Positions 1-9,878 of a stretch of DNA of 64,000 nt are shown here, one piece after another; position 1 is the first letter of the stretch; every line of letters begins with the position of its first letter. Source of the DNA: a virus (Duplodnaviria; Caudoviricetes); IMG/VR virus record IMGVR_UViG_3300032167_000004, positions 199,787-263,786 of that record. One strand, given 5' to 3'. Made by a program: the position numbers and the translations under genes. The notes under the pieces are model-generated. The model saw only the letters and a program-made list of their open reading frames with translations, was not told where the DNA came from and did not search any database.

Positions 1-2
1 AA

Positions 3-2549
3 AATAGTATAATTCTTTTTGTTGGTGATAACGGTAGTGGAAAGACTTCATTATTAAGCACATTACATCCGTTTGCATATTATGGTAGTATGGATCCAAG
101 AAGTAATACTTCTATATTAAGAGAAGATAAAGATGGATATAAAGAAATCCATATTCAATATAATGAAGATATCTATAAAATCCAGCATCATTATAAGAAT
201 ACTAAACGAGGAATTCTATTAAAAAGTTTTATTCAAAAGAATGATGAAGAATTAAATCCTAACGGTAATGTTACATCATTCAATGAAACTATAAAAAATG
301 AATTATCTTTAGAATTAGATTTCTTAAGATTACTTAGATTAGGTAGTAATGTTACTAATTTAATTGATATGAGAGCTGCTGAAAGAAAATCATTTACATC
401 ATATTTATTAACAGATATTAGTATGTATAATGAATTATTTAAGAAAGTTAGTGAAGATAATCGTATCTTAAAGAATATGATTAGAACTGTATCAGATAAA
501 TTGGTAAAATTAAATGTATTAGATGAATCTGTATTAAAGTCTGATATAAGTGTTATTGAAAATAAGTTAAATGACTTAAATAATTCTAAAGATAAAGTTC
601 AACATGATATTGGTATTGTTGAGGGTAAAATTACATCTATAGCCCCTGAAGGTATTGAATCTGTCATGAGTGAGATTAAGGAACTTAAAAAAGATCTTAA
701 TATTGAGAAGAATAAAATTATTACAGCTAAGAGTTATCTTTCTAAGTTATGTATTATTTTAGTATGTGACATCAATGAAGAAATTGAAATAGTGACGAAA
801 GAAATTAATAAAGCAGAAAATGAAAAAGAATTAAATTCTAATATGATATTATTTTATAAAGAGCAATTAAATGGTCTTTATAATAAGAAATCTGATTTGG
901 AAAACATTCTTAAAGTTACAGTATCTGATGTTACATTCAAAGAAATGACTGAATTATATGCTAATCTCTTAGCAAAACTAAATCAGTATGAAAAGAAATA
1001 TAAAAACAATACTCCTATATATACAAAAGATAACATATTAACATTATTAGAAGTATTAAATCAGATTAATAATATTATTAATGAAACACATGGCTTTGAT
1101 GGAAAAGCTATTACTAAAGTTATTGATTTATTGAGGAATTCTCAAAATGTTGATAGTTATGTCAATTCTAGAAGAAAAGAAATTGACAAGGATATTATGA
1201 AGATTAATGCTGAATTAAATAATTCTATTAATCTAAACAATCCTTCAATTTTATTTAGACCTAGTAATTGTCCTGAAGATAAATGTCCATATTTCTTCTT
1301 ATATGAATTAATCTTTTCTAATAATAAAAAATCTGATAAGAGTATTATATCATTAAATAATGAAAAAGAATTATTAGATAATATGTCTTATGTTAAGACT
1401 AATATAGACTATATATTTATGATTCTAAATACCAATAAGTCTTTAATATCTAAAGGAAATATTCCTTATTTTAGAATTGATAATGTTTTTAATTCATTAT
1501 TAACAGGAAAATCTCTTTATGATGAAGATGTAATTACTGATATGATTTCAGATGTTGAAGAATATGAGGAATACTTATCTTTAATTACTAAGGTAAAAGA
1601 ATTAAAAACCGAACTCAATTTATTAAAATCTAATAGTTCTATTATAGAATCTACTAAAAAAGAATTAGATTCTATAGAAATTGAAATACAAAATATTATA
1701 GAAAAGATTAGTGATTTAGAATCTAAAAATAAATTTAATGAGCATTGGATTCAGGGGAGAATTAAATATAGAGATTCTTTATTCAAATTTTTAGAGCATG
1801 AAAATACTATTGATATTAGTAATAAAAATATTCAATCTATTGAAGAATTGATTGCTAATAAAGTATCCATATTCCAAAATGTATCTATATTGAATAATGA
1901 GTCTAAAGACTTGCATAAGAAACTTGATTTAATAAATTGGGAAATTGATAAATATAACAATGAGTTATTTAATCTTAAAGTTAAATTGAAAGATTTTATA
2001 TCATTATCTGAAGAGCATAATATTTTAAATGAAAAGTTTGACGATGTTAATATTCTAAGAGAATCATTATCAGCAACTAAAGGTATTCCTTTATTATATA
2101 TGCAATTATATCTAAAGAATACTAAGATGTTTGTCAATGATTTATTGCGAGTAGTATATTCTGATAACTTTGAAATTGATGATTTTGATATCAATGAAAC
2201 AGAATTTAATATACCTTATATAAAGAATAATATTAGAATATCTGATGTAATGTATGCTTCTCAAGGTGAGAAATCATTCTTATCTCTTGCATTATCTTTT
2301 GCTTTAATCAATCAATCCATTAAAGATTATAATATCTTATTACTGGATGAGATTGATTCTACATTAGATACAAGAAATAGAGCAATGTTCTTAAATATAC
2401 TTGAGAAACAAATGGAGAGTATAAATTCTGAACAGGTATTCCTTATCACTCATAATAATGTATTTGAAAATTTCCCCGTTGATTTAATTGTAACGACTAA
2501 GAATAAGGATATTAACTATTCAAATGCTAATATCATTTGGTCAGTGTAA
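3..2549 (+). CDS. sbcC: SbcC/Rad50-like SMC ATPase (5' truncated by window edge)
   Basis: Frame is open from nt 3 with Walker A GDNGSGKT upstream of the tracked ATG at 90; long coiled coil, central CPEDKC hook-like motif, signature ASQGEK, Walker B ILLLDEID, H-loop LITH. Confidence 0.9.
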   Translation, partial: NSIILFVGDNGSGKTSLLSTLHPFAYYGSMDPRSNTSILREDKDGYKEIHIQYNEDIYKIQHHYKNTKRGILLKSFIQKNDEELNPNGNVTSFNETIKNELSLELDFLRLLRLGSNVTNLIDMRAAERKSFTSYLLTDISMYNELFKKVSEDNRILKNMIRTVSDKLVKLNVLDESVLKSDISVIENKLNDLNNSKDKVQHDIGIVEGKITSIAPEGIESVMSEIKELKKDLNIEKNKIITAKSYLSKLCIILVCDINEEIEIVTKEINKAENEKELNSNMILFYKEQLNGLYNKKSDLENILKVTVSDVTFKEMTELYANLLAKLNQYEKKYKNNTPIYTKDNILTLLEVLNQINNIINETHGFDGKAITKVIDLLRNSQNVDSYVNSRRKEIDKDIMKINAELNNSINLNNPSILFRPSNCPEDKCPYFFLYELIFSNNKKSDKSIISLNNEKELLDNMSYVKTNIDYIFMILNTNKSLISKGNIPYFRIDNVFNSLLTGKSLYDEDVITDMISDVEEYEEYLSLITKVKELKTELNLLKSNSSIIESTKKELDSIEIEIQNIIEKISDLESKNKFNEHWIQGRIKYRDSLFKFLEHENTIDISNKNIQSIEELIANKVSIFQNVSILNNESKDLHKKLDLINWEIDKYNNELFNLKVKLKDFISLSEEHNILNEKFDDVNILRESLSATKGIPLLYMQLYLKNTKMFVNDLLRVVYSDNFEIDDFDINETEFNIPYIKNNIRISDVMYASQGEKSFLSLALSFALINQSIKDYNILLLDEIDSTLDTRNRAMFLNILEKQMESINSEQVFLITHNNVFENFPVDLIVTTKNKDINYSNANIIWSV

Positions 2550-2650
2550 GGAGTTGTAGAAAATTGGATATATCTCAAATATATGAAAATCTCTTCATTT
2601 TATTTTATTTAATTACTATTTGTATTATTACGATTATATTAGGTGATAGA

Positions 2651-2782
2651 ATGAAGAAAATTTTATATAATATGGATAATAAATGGTTTTTATTCTATAC
2701 CATTTCAGTATTATTCATAAGTATCCCTATTTCATTAATTGTGACAACAATAGTTGTCACATTCTTAATGTATATAATTTAA
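2651..2782 (+). CDS. small membrane protein
   Basis: ATG at 2651 after AGGTGA; hydrophobic stretch WFLFYTISVLFISIPISLIVTTIVVTFLMYII. Confidence 0.5.
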   Translation: MKKILYNMDNKWFLFYTISVLFISIPISLIVTTIVVTFLMYII

Positions 2783-2801
2783 AAAGAGGAGAAATAAAAC
2801 A

Positions 2802-3335
2802 ATGAAAATGGATTTCACTGAAGAATTAAAGAAACTGGATAGTATGAAAAAGTACATTGAAAATAGTATTATGATTAATTTCTGTGTACATACTAAGAAT
2901 AGAATACTAAGCATGATTACATATATTAAAAATTTATTATTAGTTAAGCAAGATATAGTTACTGATAATATGGGAGAAGTCTCTGATGGGTACCATACAT
3001 TTAATGAATTATATCATCATAGAGCTGTTTTATTCTCTGTAATTTGTAATAATTATAAGAATCTTGCCTGGAAGAGTAAACAACATCATGATCCTAGTCA
3101 ACCTATGTATGATGGTATGTTCATTGTAGGTATCAATACACCAAATGGTTCTGCAACTTATCATTATGATATAGAACCATATTGGAATATGTTTGATGTT
3201 CAGGAGTTAGATAGAGCACCTGAATGGGATGGACATACTCCTGCCGAAGCAATTGAAAGAATTTCTACATTACCCATTATTGATAATAATGGCTTAGATT
3301 TAAATGATCTTATTGGAGACTTTTTAGATATTTAA
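2802..3335 (+). CDS. conserved phage protein (SDGYHTF...WDGH motif family)
   Basis: GAGGAG RBS; motifs SDGYHTFNELYHHR and APEWDGHT typical of a widespread phage hypothetical family. Confidence 0.75.
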   Translation: MKMDFTEELKKLDSMKKYIENSIMINFCVHTKNRILSMITYIKNLLLVKQDIVTDNMGEVSDGYHTFNELYHHRAVLFSVICNNYKNLAWKSKQHHDPSQPMYDGMFIVGINTPNGSATYHYDIEPYWNMFDVQELDRAPEWDGHTPAEAIERISTLPIIDNNGLDLNDLIGDFLDI

Positions 3336-3354
3336 TATATTTAACCATATTGAA

Positions 3355-3951
3355 ATGAGGAATACACTTTTGATGAAACTTCACGATTATCACTATGTGA
3401 GTGATACTAAAAAGATAAGAATTCTATTATCAGCTATAGTTTATCTATTATTTGCAATAGTTATCGAATTAGCTATTCTTATTATCCTTAATATAGAACC
3501 GAAAGATAATATAATTGACATAGTTGAGGAAGTGCCAATAACTATAACTGAAAATACTGAACCTATATTATCATATACCGAAGAAGATCTTAAATGGTTG
3601 AGTGCTGTAATGTATTGTGAAGCGGGTTCTGAATGGATTACTGATGATGAACAGTTACTCTTTGGACAAGTAGTAATCAATAGAGTCAATTCTCCAGAAT
3701 TTCCAAATACTGTTAAAGAAGTAGTAACTCAACCTAATCAATATCATCCGGAAAAGTTTGTTAATCAAACTCCTGATCAAAGAACGATTCACAATGCTAA
3801 ACTATTATTAGAAGGTTATGGTCCTGATATGCCTCCTTCTGTTGTATTTCAGGATAATCGTGCTTTAGGTGCTGTATGGAAAAAGATTGAAATTGATAAA
3901 TTAGGAACTACATATTTCTGTCATTCACCTAATCTTGATCTTTATTATTAA
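3355..3951 (+). CDS. membrane-anchored SleB/CwlJ-like cell wall hydrolase (Hydrolase_2)
   Basis: N-terminal TM helix; LSAVMYCEAG (catalytic Glu), VVINRVNSPEFPNTVKEVVTQPNQY. Confidence 0.85.
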   Translation: MRNTLLMKLHDYHYVSDTKKIRILLSAIVYLLFAIVIELAILIILNIEPKDNIIDIVEEVPITITENTEPILSYTEEDLKWLSAVMYCEAGSEWITDDEQLLFGQVVINRVNSPEFPNTVKEVVTQPNQYHPEKFVNQTPDQRTIHNAKLLLEGYGPDMPPSVVFQDNRALGAVWKKIEIDKLGTTYFCHSPNLDLYY

Positions 3952-3962
3952 GATTAATAAAT

Positions 3963-3992
3963 AGACCAATAGGGTAAATTCCCTATTGGTCT
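3963..3992. terminator. bidirectional intrinsic terminator
   Basis: 12-bp inverted repeat AGACCAATAGGG/CCCTATTGGTCT with T-rich tail between convergent genes. Confidence 0.8.
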
Positions 3993-4000
3993 TTATTTTT

Positions 4001-5137
4001 TTATTCATCATCAGGAAGGAAGTATTCCATTACATTATAGATACGTCCTTTAGAATCAGTTGCATATGAGCCATCATCACTAAATCTCATCCTACCAGCA
4101 TCTCTCTTAGTAGGTAGAGGATAATCAGGTACTTGTTGTTTATTTTTATCAATAGCAATAAAATCCCAATTACCAGTATCAATACATTTCTTAACTAAAA
4201 TTTTTACACCCATATTTTCATATTCAATATATTTAGAACCTGCTAAACTTCTATGAGGATTACCGTTAGCTTCTAATCTATCCATTAAGATTTTATTATA
4301 CATATCTTCTTCACTAACAGGTTTTTCACCTTGTTCAATAGCATCAATTATAGAACCGTATTCATCTTCATAATCATCATTATAAGATACGGGTTCATTT
4401 GTCATACTTTGAATAAAGTTGGTTCTACCATGATTGAGAATATTCTTAAAGTATGCAGATGCAAGATATTCAGGATTATTTTTGTTTTCAGTATCCTTAG
4501 TCTTTGCTTCGGATTTCATAGTAAGATCAGCGATAGTTTTCTTTGTACTATTAATTTCTTTTAGAATACTCAATTTACTATTTTTAGCATTTAATACTAA
4601 TTGTGCTAATTCATTAGTATATTTAGAAACTCCTCTTACTTTGGAGCCTTTCATAGCATTCAGATCTTTTTCTAGTGTTTTACCAAATTTAGAAGTTTCG
4701 TCTAATAACGAATATAATAAAGTTAATTCTTCAGCAAATTCTTTTTTATAATTATTCTTATTTTTCTTTAAATCATTATAACCGCTCTTACCTTTCATAG
4801 TAAGATCGTCTTCAATATCATCTTCTTCACGTTCTTTTAAAATACTATCGATATCTAATAATGTGTCTTCATCAATACTATCATTAGACATAATACCAAG
4901 ATCAGAATCTAAATCAGTAATACGATCACTAATTAAATTCTCTTTCTTCTTTTTTTTCTTATTTTTCTTAGGTTTAATATTGGATAAAATAACCATATCA
5001 TCAGTATCATCATCAATGATATTATTTTTCTTAGGTTTATCATTAGATGAAATAGATTTAATTTCATCAACTAAAGAGGGTAAAGATTGTTGAGAATCTT
5101 CAGTATAAATTTCAATATTATAATATCCGTTGCTCAT
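4001..5137 (-). CDS. hypothetical protein (acidic/poly-Lys N-terminus, coiled coil)
   Basis: 378-aa ORF with AGGAGGAG RBS. Confidence 0.8.
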   Translation of the reverse strand: MSNGYYNIEIYTEDSQQSLPSLVDEIKSISSNDKPKKNNIIDDDTDDMVILSNIKPKKNKKKKKKENLISDRITDLDSDLGIMSNDSIDEDTLLDIDSILKEREEDDIEDDLTMKGKSGYNDLKKNKNNYKKEFAEELTLLYSLLDETSKFGKTLEKDLNAMKGSKVRGVSKYTNELAQLVLNAKNSKLSILKEINSTKKTIADLTMKSEAKTKDTENKNNPEYLASAYFKNILNHGRTNFIQSMTNEPVSYNDDYEDEYGSIIDAIEQGEKPVSEEDMYNKILMDRLEANGNPHRSLAGSKYIEYENMGVKILVKKCIDTGNWDFIAIDKNKQQVPDYPLPTKRDAGRMRFSDDGSYATDSKGRIYNVMEYFLPDDE

Positions 5138-5238
5138 ATTTTTATTATTCTCCTCCTTAATATAAAATATTAATTACATAAATGTCCTCATAATAAAAAA
5201 ATAACTTTTTATTACAACATGTACAATATAATAATTAT

Positions 5239-5327
5239 GGAGAGTTGTCCGAGTGGTTTAAGGAGCGAAACTTGAAATTTCGTGATGGGGAAACCCACCA
5301 AGGGTCCAAATCCCTTACTCTCCGCCA
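5239..5327 (+). tRNA. tRNA-Ser(UGA)
   Basis: Acceptor GGAGAGT/ACTCTCC, anticodon arm CGAAA-CTTGAAA-TTTCG, long variable arm, discriminator G, encoded CCA; T-loop reads TCCAAAT. Confidence 0.92.
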
Positions 5328-5328
5328 T

Positions 5329-5360
5329 AAAAAGAGGGTAATATTTTTTACCCTCTTTTT
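5329..5360. terminator. hairpin between the two tRNAs (terminator or processing signal)
   Basis: AAAAAGAGGGTAA/TTACCCTCTTTTT inverted repeat. Confidence 0.6.
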
Positions 5361-5365
5361 CATAT

Positions 5366-5440
5366 TGAGACGTCGTCAAGTGGTAAGACAACAGACTTTG
5401 ACTCTGTCACTCGCAAGTTCGAATCTTGCCGTCTCAGCCA
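5366..5440 (+). tRNA. tRNA-Gln(UUG)
   Basis: Acceptor TGAGACG/CGTCTCA, anticodon arm ACAGA-CTTTGAC-TCTGT, GTTCGAATC T-loop, encoded CCA. Confidence 0.95.
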
Positions 5441-5443
5441 TCT

Positions 5444-5493
5444 AAAAATAATGATAGATAGTGTTCTAAAAAGCACTATCTATCATTATTTTT
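5444..5493. terminator. intrinsic terminator after tRNAs
   Basis: 20-bp inverted repeat including A/T tails. Confidence 0.75.
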
Positions 5494-5508
5494 ATCAATA
5501 ATAAAATT

Positions 5509-5521
5509 AAATATATATTAT
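5509..5521 (+). promoter_or_regulatory. early-type phage promoter motif AAATATATATTAT
   Basis: One of 17 copies of the (A/G)ANTATATATTAT motif; 16 lie just upstream of ORFs; resembles phiKZ/AR9 early promoters. Confidence 0.7.
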
Positions 5522-5555
5522 AATAGTGATATTAAAATTAAGGAGGACAATTTTT

Positions 5556-7562
5556 ATGAATGAGCAAATCCCTGAAAATGTCCAAGGTATAATTAATTCA
5601 TTTTATGATAAATTATACATTATGGAAAATGAAATGGAGGATGTAAAACATTACAGGAATATAATTGATGAGGTTTTTGATCATTTACGAGCAGGATTTG
5701 AGATTAAAAGTCTTAGAGAATGTCCAGTACATTTTAAATTTCATAAAGATGATACTTTTATTCATACTTTACAATTAAGACATTTTCTAACAAATCTAAT
5801 TTTCTGGGAACCTCTTATTGAATTAGATTCAGTTAATTATCTGAATGAATCTTTCATTGTAGAATGTGGAAAGATTTCATCTGGATATATTAAAACTTAT
5901 ATTGATAATAAAATAATTATTCCATATAGAAATAAAATATCAAATAAGAAAATGAATAAATTGATTCATGATTTGATATTTAATTTAACAAAAATTTCTA
6001 CTGAATTCAATATTATATTAGGATTGAGTATGAATGTCGAATCTTTCATTGATGTTGCAAATAAGAATGAAAGATTTAATGAAATTATTCGTACTAAACT
6101 TGATCCTAATATGCAGCCCAGTGAAATTGAATCTCATCTTCATGATTTAATGAAAGAAGAGATTCAAATATTAATGAAAGAAGATAATGTACTAAGACCT
6201 ATGTTATTATCTGGTTCTGGTATTAAAGATAAACAGCTTTCTGAGTTTAGTATTAATATGGGTCTTAAACCTTCTCTTGAAGGTAGTACAATTCCTATTC
6301 CTATTAATTCCAACCTTCTTGTTGGCGGATTATCTACAGTTTCGGGATATTACATCGATGCCTTAGGCGGTCGGAAATCCCTTATCTTCAACAAGAATGT
6401 CATGGGTAAGTCGGGTTATTTCGCGCGTAAAAGTATGTTGTTAGTTTCTGATATGAAACTTAGACAAGATGAAAAAGTATGTAGAAGTGTACATCCTTTA
6501 CAGTTAGAAGTTAAGACTAAAGAACATTTTAGAAGATTAATTGGTAGAAAATATAGATTGCCTAATCAAAGAAATTATTCAATTCTTACTAATGAAGATA
6601 CCCATGTAATTGGTAAAAAGATTTTATTGAAATCTCCTATCACATGTGCATCTAATAAAGGTGTTTGTAAAGATTGTTATGGTCCATTATTGTTCCATAC
6701 TAACCAAGGTGGTGTTGGTATTGGTTCGTTTGCGGGAGCTATTATTACAAACCCACTATCTCAGGCTGTTCTTTCTTCTAAACATCTTTTAACTACTACT
6801 TCTGAACCTATTGAATTTAATGAAGATTTTAATAAATTCTTCAATTTAAATGCTAATGAAGTAACTATTAAGATTAGTGACGATTATTATATTGATGATC
6901 ACTCCCTTTTGTTAATTGATCAGAATATTATTACACTTGATGAATTAAATGAAGGTGAAATTAATAAGTTCTGTACAATTTATCATGTAAAGAATAATAG
7001 AACTAATGAGATTTATGAGATTAGAGAAACAACAGGTAAAGAGCTGTATCTGTCTCCTGAATTGATTGATATGATTGAGAAAAGAAAAAAGAATAAAGAT
7101 GGTATCTATGAAATTAAATTTATAGATATTCCTGATGACCAAAGACTATTCTTAATCCAAATTGAAAATAGAGAATTAACGAGGCCTCTATATAAGATTA
7201 TGGGATTACTCGATACTGTCGGAAAACGTGCAGAACTCGGGATTACTAATATACATGAACTAGCTCAGGTTTTCTTAGATCTATTGATCGAATCTAAGAT
7301 TAATGTTATGAGTGTTCATGCTGAGGTTATGTTAGCTCCTCTGATTAGATCTATGGAAGATATTCTTGAAAGACCTGATTTTAAAAGATATGATGCAATT
7401 GATGATATTCAGATGTTGACAATTAGTTCTGCATTGGAAAAACATCCTTCTGTATTGATTGGTCTTTCTTCTCAGTTCTTAGGTAGACAGTTAGTATCTC
7501 CGTTGACATTTAGAAAAACTGGAGAAAGTTTCATTGATCCTTTCTATAAGGATACTTTATGA
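5556..7562 (+). CDS. phage multisubunit RNA polymerase beta' C-terminal subunit (probably non-virion RNAP)
   Basis: AGGAGG RBS; bridge-helix-like KSGYFARK, Zn motif KSPITC..GVCKDCYG, trigger-loop-like NPLSQAVLSSKH, VHAEVM; followed by an SF2 helicase as in phiKZ-like phages. Confidence 0.88.
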   Translation: MNEQIPENVQGIINSFYDKLYIMENEMEDVKHYRNIIDEVFDHLRAGFEIKSLRECPVHFKFHKDDTFIHTLQLRHFLTNLIFWEPLIELDSVNYLNESFIVECGKISSGYIKTYIDNKIIIPYRNKISNKKMNKLIHDLIFNLTKISTEFNIILGLSMNVESFIDVANKNERFNEIIRTKLDPNMQPSEIESHLHDLMKEEIQILMKEDNVLRPMLLSGSGIKDKQLSEFSINMGLKPSLEGSTIPIPINSNLLVGGLSTVSGYYIDALGGRKSLIFNKNVMGKSGYFARKSMLLVSDMKLRQDEKVCRSVHPLQLEVKTKEHFRRLIGRKYRLPNQRNYSILTNEDTHVIGKKILLKSPITCASNKGVCKDCYGPLLFHTNQGGVGIGSFAGAIITNPLSQAVLSSKHLLTTTSEPIEFNEDFNKFFNLNANEVTIKISDDYYIDDHSLLLIDQNIITLDELNEGEINKFCTIYHVKNNRTNEIYEIRETTGKELYLSPELIDMIEKRKKNKDGIYEIKFIDIPDDQRLFLIQIENRELTRPLYKIMGLLDTVGKRAELGITNIHELAQVFLDLLIESKINVMSVHAEVMLAPLIRSMEDILERPDFKRYDAIDDIQMLTISSALEKHPSVLIGLSSQFLGRQLVSPLTFRKTGESFIDPFYKDTL

Positions 7563-7570
7563 TTAAAGAT

Positions 7571-7610
7571 ATAATAAGAGATGTAATATAATCATTACAT
7601 CTCTTATTAT
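7571..7610. terminator. hairpin/terminator
   Basis: 17-bp inverted repeat ATAATAAGAGATGTAAT/ATTACATCTCTTATTAT. Confidence 0.65.
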
Positions 7611-7664
7611 CTAATCTTTAAGTATATATTATAGTAATATAATATATAAGGAGGAATTAAACCA

Positions 7665-9131
7665 ATGAATGAAAAACAACCAAAGATTGAAGTGAGACAT
7701 AGTGGTATATTAATTCATAATTATGAATTACATGATGCTCAAATATTGGAAGATTATTTAAGTGTATATGATCCGATTAAACATCGTAAATCTTATAAAG
7801 GTATGATGTGGGATGAAGAAAAAAAGATTCTTTATATTCCCAGAGGAGTTGATATTAATTTCCTTGAAAAGGTATTTAGAGAACCTGCAGAGATGAATTA
7901 TGAATGTAATCCTGTAGAAAATATTAGTATTCATGCAAAAATTCCACCCAGAGATAATAATCAAAGAAATGCAATAGCATTTCTTATTGGTCAAGGAAAA
8001 TATGAATATACTAAGAAATATTCTCAGATGTTATTACAGATGCCTCCCGGAAGTGGAAAGACTTTTGTAATGACAACAGCATTACAGTTCATTGGTATGA
8101 GAGCATTTATTATTGTACCTAATGAAAAAATAAAGAAACAAACTATTGTATCTTTATTGAAGTTTACTGATATTGGTAGTGAGCACATTATTGATGTAAG
8201 AGGAAAATCTGAAATCAATAAAATTATGAGAAAAGAATTACCTAAATGGAAAGTATATGTCGCATGTCATGGTACTTTGATTTCTCATGCTAAAAGAAAT
8301 GGATGGGAATCAATTGAAGAATTATTCAGACATACTAAAGTGGGTGTAAAGATTTATGATGAAGCCCACTTATATTTTGAAAATATTCTCAAATTAGATT
8401 TCCATACTAATGTAAAGAAAACTATTTATGTTACTGCAACATTCCAGAGAAGTGATTATTCTGAGAATATTCTCTTTAATAAATGCTTTAAAAATGTTAT
8501 ATCATTCCATATAGATAGTAAAGAGTATGATAAACGTCATACTATGTATCTAGGTATTCAATACAATTCTCATCCATCTATAGATAAGCAGACTTATATG
8601 ATGACTAGAATGGGTTTCAGCAAAATTAGGTATGCTAACTACCAAATTCAACAACAATCTTTCTTTGATGCTTTAGATTATACTATTAAATACTTTAAAG
8701 ATTATGAAGGAAAGATTCTTATTCTTACCTCCACTATTGATGGTGTAGAAAAGATTAAGAAATTTATTGATGATAGTTATGATAATATTTCTGTATCTTC
8801 TTATCATTCTAAAGTAAGTGAAGAAGATAGAGATAAAGCATTTACTGCTGATATTATCTGTACAACTCCTCAATCTGCTGGTGTAGGTGTTGATATTCCT
8901 GGTCTTAGAGTATGTATTATGTGTGAATCTTATTCTTCTCAAGTACAAGCTGAGCAAGTATCGGGAAGACTTAGAGAATACGGTCAAGGTAAAGATACTT
9001 ACTATGTAGAATTAGTTGACATTGGATTTCCTAGAGTATATAAAATGTGGAAAAGTAGACTTAGTGTGTTTAAGTTAAAATGTAAGAAAATGTTATCTAT
9101 TGACTTATCTACCAATAAAGATATTAAATAG
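7665..9131 (+). CDS. SF2 DExH helicase (UvsW/phiKZ gp75-like)
   Basis: PPGSGKT, YDEAH, VTAT, GVDIPGL, QVSGRLR; early motif at 7620-7632. Confidence 0.9.
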   Translation: MNEKQPKIEVRHSGILIHNYELHDAQILEDYLSVYDPIKHRKSYKGMMWDEEKKILYIPRGVDINFLEKVFREPAEMNYECNPVENISIHAKIPPRDNNQRNAIAFLIGQGKYEYTKKYSQMLLQMPPGSGKTFVMTTALQFIGMRAFIIVPNEKIKKQTIVSLLKFTDIGSEHIIDVRGKSEINKIMRKELPKWKVYVACHGTLISHAKRNGWESIEELFRHTKVGVKIYDEAHLYFENILKLDFHTNVKKTIYVTATFQRSDYSENILFNKCFKNVISFHIDSKEYDKRHTMYLGIQYNSHPSIDKQTYMMTRMGFSKIRYANYQIQQQSFFDALDYTIKYFKDYEGKILILTSTIDGVEKIKKFIDDSYDNISVSSYHSKVSEEDRDKAFTADIICTTPQSAGVGVDIPGLRVCIMCESYSSQVQAEQVSGRLREYGQGKDTYYVELVDIGFPRVYKMWKSRLSVFKLKCKKMLSIDLSTNKDIK

Positions 9132-9193
9132 TATATTTAATATCTTTAAGTATATATTATTAATGTGTCATAAATGAATAGGAGGATAACACT

Positions 9194-9499
9194 GTGGCAG
9201 ATACATCAAGTAAAAAGACTCGTCAAAATGTTAACACGTTTTCTGTTAACAGAAAAAACTTTATGGATATTGTTGTCAAGAATGAGAACTTATCCAAAAA
9301 AGATTTGAGAGTTTTTATACATCTCATGACTCATTTGGATGGTAATGAATACCGAAAGGTTTCATACAAAAACATTGCATTAGATTTAGGATATGATAAA
9401 TCTGATGTAAAAGAAAGTATCAATAATTTATACACAGAAGGAATTGTTGATATTGGTGATAGTGGATCGGTGGAGAAAGGTCTTATTATCACTTTTTAA
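9194..9499 (+). CDS. winged-helix DNA-binding protein
   Basis: GTG start after GGAGG; LSKKDLRVFIHL...SYKNIALDLGYDKSDVKESINNLYTEGIV wHTH pattern; early motif at 9148-9160. Confidence 0.75.
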   Translation: MADTSSKKTRQNVNTFSVNRKNFMDIVVKNENLSKKDLRVFIHLMTHLDGNEYRKVSYKNIALDLGYDKSDVKESINNLYTEGIVDIGDSGSVEKGLIITF

Positions 9500-9713
9500 A
9501 TAATCACTGTTAAACTCTTTGAAGAAAGGAGGAAACGGTGATTTAAAGAATTGGGTTCCTTGGGGAATTTAGATCACCGTTGCAAGATAACCCAATGAAC
9601 AATGAAACAACTTATGATACTTGTGTAAATGATGGTTATACTATCGGTTACGCAGACTAACAACTAAGAATGAAAATCAAACTATTTTAAACACAACGAA
9701 GAGGAATTTGAAT

Positions 9714-9833
9714 ATGACACATAAAATGATAAAACTATATAAAAAGAGTAAACGTAATAAAATCAAATCATACTTTGATACTGTCAGAGACGATAGGTTT
9801 AAACCTATTAGTACATTATCAGAGAAAAAGTAA
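9714..9833 (+). CDS. small basic protein (39 aa), not in ORF track
   Basis: GAGGA RBS; MTHKMIKLYKKSKRNKIKSYFDTVRDDRFKPISTLSEKK; ends just before a terminator. Confidence 0.5.
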   Translation: MTHKMIKLYKKSKRNKIKSYFDTVRDDRFKPISTLSEKK

Positions 9834-9840
9834 TAAACTT

Positions 9841-9868
9841 GGGGTATACTGGAATTCCAGTATACCCC
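9841..9868. terminator. bidirectional terminator (perfect 28-bp palindrome)
   Basis: GGGGTATACTGGAATTCCAGTATACCCC between convergent genes. Confidence 0.75.
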
Positions 9869-9878
9869 TAATATTTTT

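Noticed and set aside
5245-5445. 66-aa ORF in the track
   Set aside because: Overlaps two clear tRNA genes
9526-9660. tmRNA interpretation (pseudoknot followed by short ORF)
   Set aside because: No tRNA-like acceptor or T arm or CCA end found, and the peptide ends GYAD rather than an Ala-Ala type tag
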